This document shows, one piece after another, positions 59,130 to 64,000 of a stretch of 64,000 nt of DNA (position 1 is its first letter; every line of letters starts with the position of its first letter). Under the pieces are notes generated by a model that did no database searches, was not told the DNA's origin, and was given only the letters and a program-made list of their open reading frames with translations. The position numbers were made by a program, and so were the translations under genes. Source of the stretch: Octopus bimaculoides (Eukaryota); contig NC_068992.1 in NCBI RefSeq assembly GCF_001194135.2, forward strand, positions 64,130,528 to 64,194,527, written 5' to 3'.

Positions 59130-60845
59130 GATTCTTTATTCAAATCCACTACAATTGTTTTGACTCATCTTGCATCTGTTCTTCAAAGGTGAGATGCTGT
59201 ACAATCAATTGTGTTGCATCACAGTTGCAGATTATGTCTCGCTGGGTGACTTAAACGAGTACTTTACTCATTCTTCTCTCTATTGCACCCACCTCTATGT
59301 GCTCGATTTTTGTTATTACAGAAAGCTAATCTAATCCTATGTTTATTAAAAATTCTATAGTATTTACTGTCTTTGGAAAATGTTTAGTCAGTGCGAAATA
59401 AATAATTTTGGTATATTAGAAATTATTTGTTTTCCGAAGGGAATTATATACCATTCGATATAGCTAGAGATATCCATGTTACTGAGGTATGTGTACACAC
59501 ACAGACACACAATGGTCATACAAATATCAAACATTATATAGGAGTCGTGGAAGGAAAATTGAAATTTAGATTTAACAGCCATCTTTTGAATTTTAGGTAG
59601 TGATGAGGCATTCAACAACCCTTTTGGCTTTAATCTGAAAACGTTGGTGTTGCCTTGGTGGAGGTTTGTGCTCTCTGAATGCCCTTGTTTATATTGCAAT
59701 TAATTGTAACAGTTTTGTTTACATTTTGCTGTATGGAGTACATTATTTATTCAGAGGTATTTCACTTATTTTGGGTTTATACCCTCAGTTAATATTATTG
59801 TTATTATTATTATAAATATATTTATTAGTATTATTTGCATAAATATCATTAATTATCACAATCATTATTTTAACTAGTATAATTACTATAGATATTAAGT
59901 TGTTTCTTTAAATCGTTTAGACGTATATTTTATCCAGTGTGAACATCTCATAACCTGTTCCTGTCTAGTGTTTATAAGAGTAAATTTAGAAGTGAAAATT
60001 TGGTACATTTCTTCCACATAAAGGTCACATTTATTATCTCCTATACTATAAGGTTTTGCTTTACAAATTATTTCCCAAGCAATCAAAAACACTTTGTTAC
60101 TATCTTTTAGTGTCCAAATTAGCTTACTAAGACTTGTAGCATTCATTTTGTCTATTTCTAAATGAACTTAAATGATTGGCAAGTATCTGCTTAATATAAT
60201 ATGAGCTAGCTCCTATATAGAAATACTCTCTATTCTCTGTGGTAATCTTACATCTGTATACGATATTTTTATGCCTACAATTAGAGTTAAGCAGACAGAC
60301 CCTGTTCCTTGCACAATCGCATTTAATAGTTCTACTACTTCTATCACTAGTATCCACTTCACCTACTCTAGATAGGATTTCTATATTCTCCTTTGCACAT
60401 AGACAACATTCTGAGTACTTTGCTTTTTAGGATTCACATCTACTTCCAAGTTAATTGTGGAGTTCCATTGGGTCTCTTCAATTTTATTGGTTGTCAAACA
60501 ATAGTTCCTATCCTGATACCTAAATGTGTTACTTACAGCTTGTCCGCTCATGTTTACATTGATGCTATTTATTGATCTATAATTATAATTCTGGTTAATA
60601 TTGCTATTGTTCATATGAGATTTACTAGTGCTGCGTGCTGCTATAATTTGTGCTAGATTTTTGTTATTACAGAAAACTAATCTAATCCTATGTTTATTAA
60701 AAATTCTATAGAATTTACTGTCTTTGGAAAATGTTTAGTCAGTGCTAAATAAAATAATTTTGGTATATTAGAAATTATTTGTTTTCCGAAGGGAATTATA
60801 TCCCATTCGATATAGCTAGAGGTATCCATGTTACTGAGGTGTGTA
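59130..60845 (-). mobile_element. Penelope-like element 3' remnant (GIY-YIG endonuclease) with internal ~195-bp direct repeat
   Basis: KHFPK; CDCARNRVCLLNSNCRHKNIVYRCKIT..YFYIG..NHLSSFR; ATSLSKLIWTLK..KAKPYS..KCDL..RCSH. 59297-59490 is nearly identical to 60647-60843. Degenerate hammerhead at about 59144-59195. Confidence 0.8.
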
Positions 60846-62336
60846 TATGTCATCTGTTTATATATATTCAGTAACTCTAAGACTCTCCATTTGATGTTGC
60901 AACTGCTGTTCCAGTCCATTTTCCAGGCATAACTGACTAGCATTGGGGAGTTCTTTTCACTGTCTGAAGTTTGACCCATTCATTGTAAAATCTTTTTTCT
61001 GAATGCCCCCTCATAAGGGCTTATGTAACTTTTCTTATCTTTGGCAAGATCACTGGACCTTCAGCCTTGTACATCATCCACTTTGTGTTTCTGATCTACC
61101 AGACAAATACTGCATTTTTACACAAGCGGTCTGTAATGACCTGTAAAAAAAGGGATTAATTTCAGATAATGATCACTTTCATGTTGGTATCACAACTGCA
61201 GCTTACATTAAATGAGGAACTCTTCCAATGTTGGTTTTAACATTCAAAGACAAAGATGGAAGGCAACTCATAGCTTTCTGAGCCTATTACTGATTGGGAT
61301 TGTGCGCTGTGGGTAGGGAAATATGTATGAGATTTCCACATGAAACTGCTATCTGTAAGAGTTTTATTGTCAGGCCACCTTATTGAAAATCTCTTACGAA
61401 GTGAAGTTAGAAATTTTCATACTAATAATTAGATAGAAAGTTTTTTTTTTTAAAAACACAACAGAGTTGGTTGACAAAACTGTTTGTTCATGTGTCTAAG
61501 TGTCACATCACGTTTATGAAAAGGATTTTAAGTTTTGGAATCTAAGTTCAGCAATGTGTCTGAAATGTCAGCTTTAGTTATGTTAATTTTGTTTGTTCCT
61601 TCTAAAGCCATGACTGGCTCATAAGGGCTGGTTTCACTGGCGTATAGGATCCCCACCTGGACAAGATGCTGGTCCATTGCAGGAGGAAAGACTGAAAGTT
61701 GTAGCGAAAGAGTCAGCAGAGGTTTACCATTACCTTCTGCTGGAGCTTAGGTGTTTCACTCATAAACACACACATCACCTGGTCTGAGATTCGAACCCAT
61801 GATCCCTCAACTGCTACTCTAACCACTGGGCTTTGTGCCTCCACAGTTATGTTAATAGCTACTATATTTTTAAATCTTATTTTTTCTGCTGATATCTAGT
61901 GTGCAATAAGGTTAATCCATTGTCCTAGTATTATCAGGGAATTAGGATTTAAGTCAGTCAAACCTTCTGTGATAAGAGCCCATTGTGATGTAAGGATTCT
62001 TCTATTAGTTCAGACTTATTAACACAGACTGTTTGTTGAAGAAAAGGCTTTTATCTGCATGCATGCATTACTTCAATATCTGATTTATTTGCATTCACTC
62101 CCAAATAGAAGAGCAGTGTGTAGAACCTACTTTTCTAGCTTTATCAGATAACATAATGAATATTCTGGCTAAGTACAACTTAAATATTTTGTTGTGATCT
62201 GTCCAAATCCATATTGAAGAATTCAGGAATTTCATTGGACAGTTATTGGTGCCATGAGTGGGATTGAACGTAGAACCATGTAGTTGGGAAGTAAGCTTCT
62301 TACCACACAGTCACACCTGCACCTGTCTCTCTCCCC

Positions 62337-62369
<33 letters not shown>

Positions 62370-64000
62370 ACGGGCTTCTTTCTGTTTCCATGAACCAAAT
62401 TCACTCAAAAGACTTTGAATGACCTAGGAACATAGCAAAAGACACTAAAACTTGTAACCTTATGGTTGGCAAGCAGACACCTTAACTACACAGCCAGGCA
62501 AATACTGCAAAGTGTTCAGCATGACACAACTGTTTTTTTTGCAGAACAGTTCTCAAAGACAAAATTAGACACATGAGCAACCATAACAGCAGCACCAAAC
62601 CCTGAACAGTTTGTTTTCACAGATGCTATAAGCCGGGTCAGCCGTGCTTGTATTGCGGCTCAATCAGTAACCACGGACCCTAGTCACTGGGATTCTGAAA
62701 TGAAGCCACAATGATAACGATGGTAATGAGGGAAATAACAAGGTACATTTTTTTTCTGCGCTGTGGCCATGCGGGGGCACAACTTTAAAAGGCTTTAGTT
62801 GAACAAACTGACCCCAGCACTTTTGATTTTTTAAAAATAAAGCTTAATACTTACTCTATTGTCTCTTTTGCTGAATCACTAAATAACAGATATAAACAAC
62901 CAACACCAGTTGTCAAGTAGTGTGTGGAGGGGACATGACAGACATGATAGGCTTCTACAGTTTCCACCTACCAAATTCACTCATGAGGCATTGGTTAGTT
63001 CCAGACATTTCTCCGAGGTGCTGTGCAGTGAGACTGAACCCCAAACCACATGGTTGAGAAAACTGAGGAATTTTCCTCTTTTCTTTTACAAGTTGAATAA
63101 ATGAAATAAATAAATAAAAAGCAAAACTTTTAGATTAAAAATTGATTTTTAATTGTAAGAGAAAATAGAATTGGGTATCACAGTTGTTACAGTTTTTTTT
63201 TTCTTTCTTAAGTATCAGTTCTGACTTGTTTTTTTTTCATTGCTGCTCAAAAAAAAGGGGGGGAAAGAGGAAGTAAACGGGGGCGGGAAAGAGTTTCAAC
63301 ATTATTAGTATTCTCAACATTATTATTATTATTATTATTATTATCATATNNNNNNNNNNNNNNNNNNNNNNNNNNNNNNNNNNNNNNNNNNNNNNNNNNN
63401 NNNNNNNNNNNNNNNNNNNNNNNNNNNNNNNNNNNNNNNNNNNNNNNNNNNNNNNNNNNNNNNNNNNNNNNNNNNNNNNNNNNNNNNNNNNNNNNNNNNN
63501 NNNNNNNNNNNNNNNNNNNNNNNNNNNNNNNNNNNNNNNNNNNNNNNNNNNNNNNNNNNNNNNNNNNNNNNNNNNNNNNNNNNNNNNNNNNNNNNNNNNN
63601 NNNNNNNNNNNNNNNNNNNNNNNNNNNNNNNNNNNNNNNNNNNNNNNNNNNNNNNNNNNNNNNNNNNNNNNNNNNNNNNNNGGCCTTCAGAAATGATGAG
63701 GAGGGAGCAAAGCTGTCCGTGGCACAAATTCGAACTTGGGAGATCGCAATTACATAGCACAAGGAATTTAAATCTGACACTTTGTTGTTTCTGCAATCCA
63801 CAGCCCTTATGTAATTATGGAGGGAGAGTGGGAGAGATAGATAGATAGATAGCTAGCTAGAGGGAGAGGAGGAAAAGGGAGATGGTCTGATGCCTTGAGC
63901 AGAAATCTGAGATGAAGGGGAGGGAGAGAGAGAGAGAGAGAGAGCAGAGATATAAACCGCAGTAGAGTACAGCATATAAAGCTGTCAACATTGCTGAATC

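Overview
AT-rich, microsatellite- and SINE-dense eukaryotic (animal) genomic DNA with N gaps. The repeat families point to an octopus/coleoid cephalopod (inference from recalled repeat families, not a database hit). Nearly all ORFs in the supplied track are microsatellite artefacts. Two real spliced genes face each other. (1) + strand: secreted GH9 endo-beta-1,4-glucanase (cellulase), 9 well-supported exons at 4648-23897 plus a probable last exon at 25534-25559, about 510 aa, with all catalytic motifs intact. (2) - strand: complete 7-exon Cys-loop ligand-gated channel subunit at 53588-37499, about 494 aa. It is nAChR-like and predicted cation-selective, but loop C lacks the vicinal cysteines and both tyrosines, which makes it a candidate atypical/sensory receptor. 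I found four of its exons by hand; three are absent from the ORF track. Non-coding highlights: an apparently intact type-I hammerhead ribozyme with a 105-nt stem II (50962-51103), two degenerate hammerheads tied to Penelope-like remnants, a perfect 96-bp palindrome with a 13-bp TSD, a 120-nt near-perfect hairpin, several fold-back elements, two solo LTRs, hAT/piggyBac/mariner MITEs and decayed LINE/PLE fragments. All exon calls and folds were done by eye; repeat boundaries are approximate.
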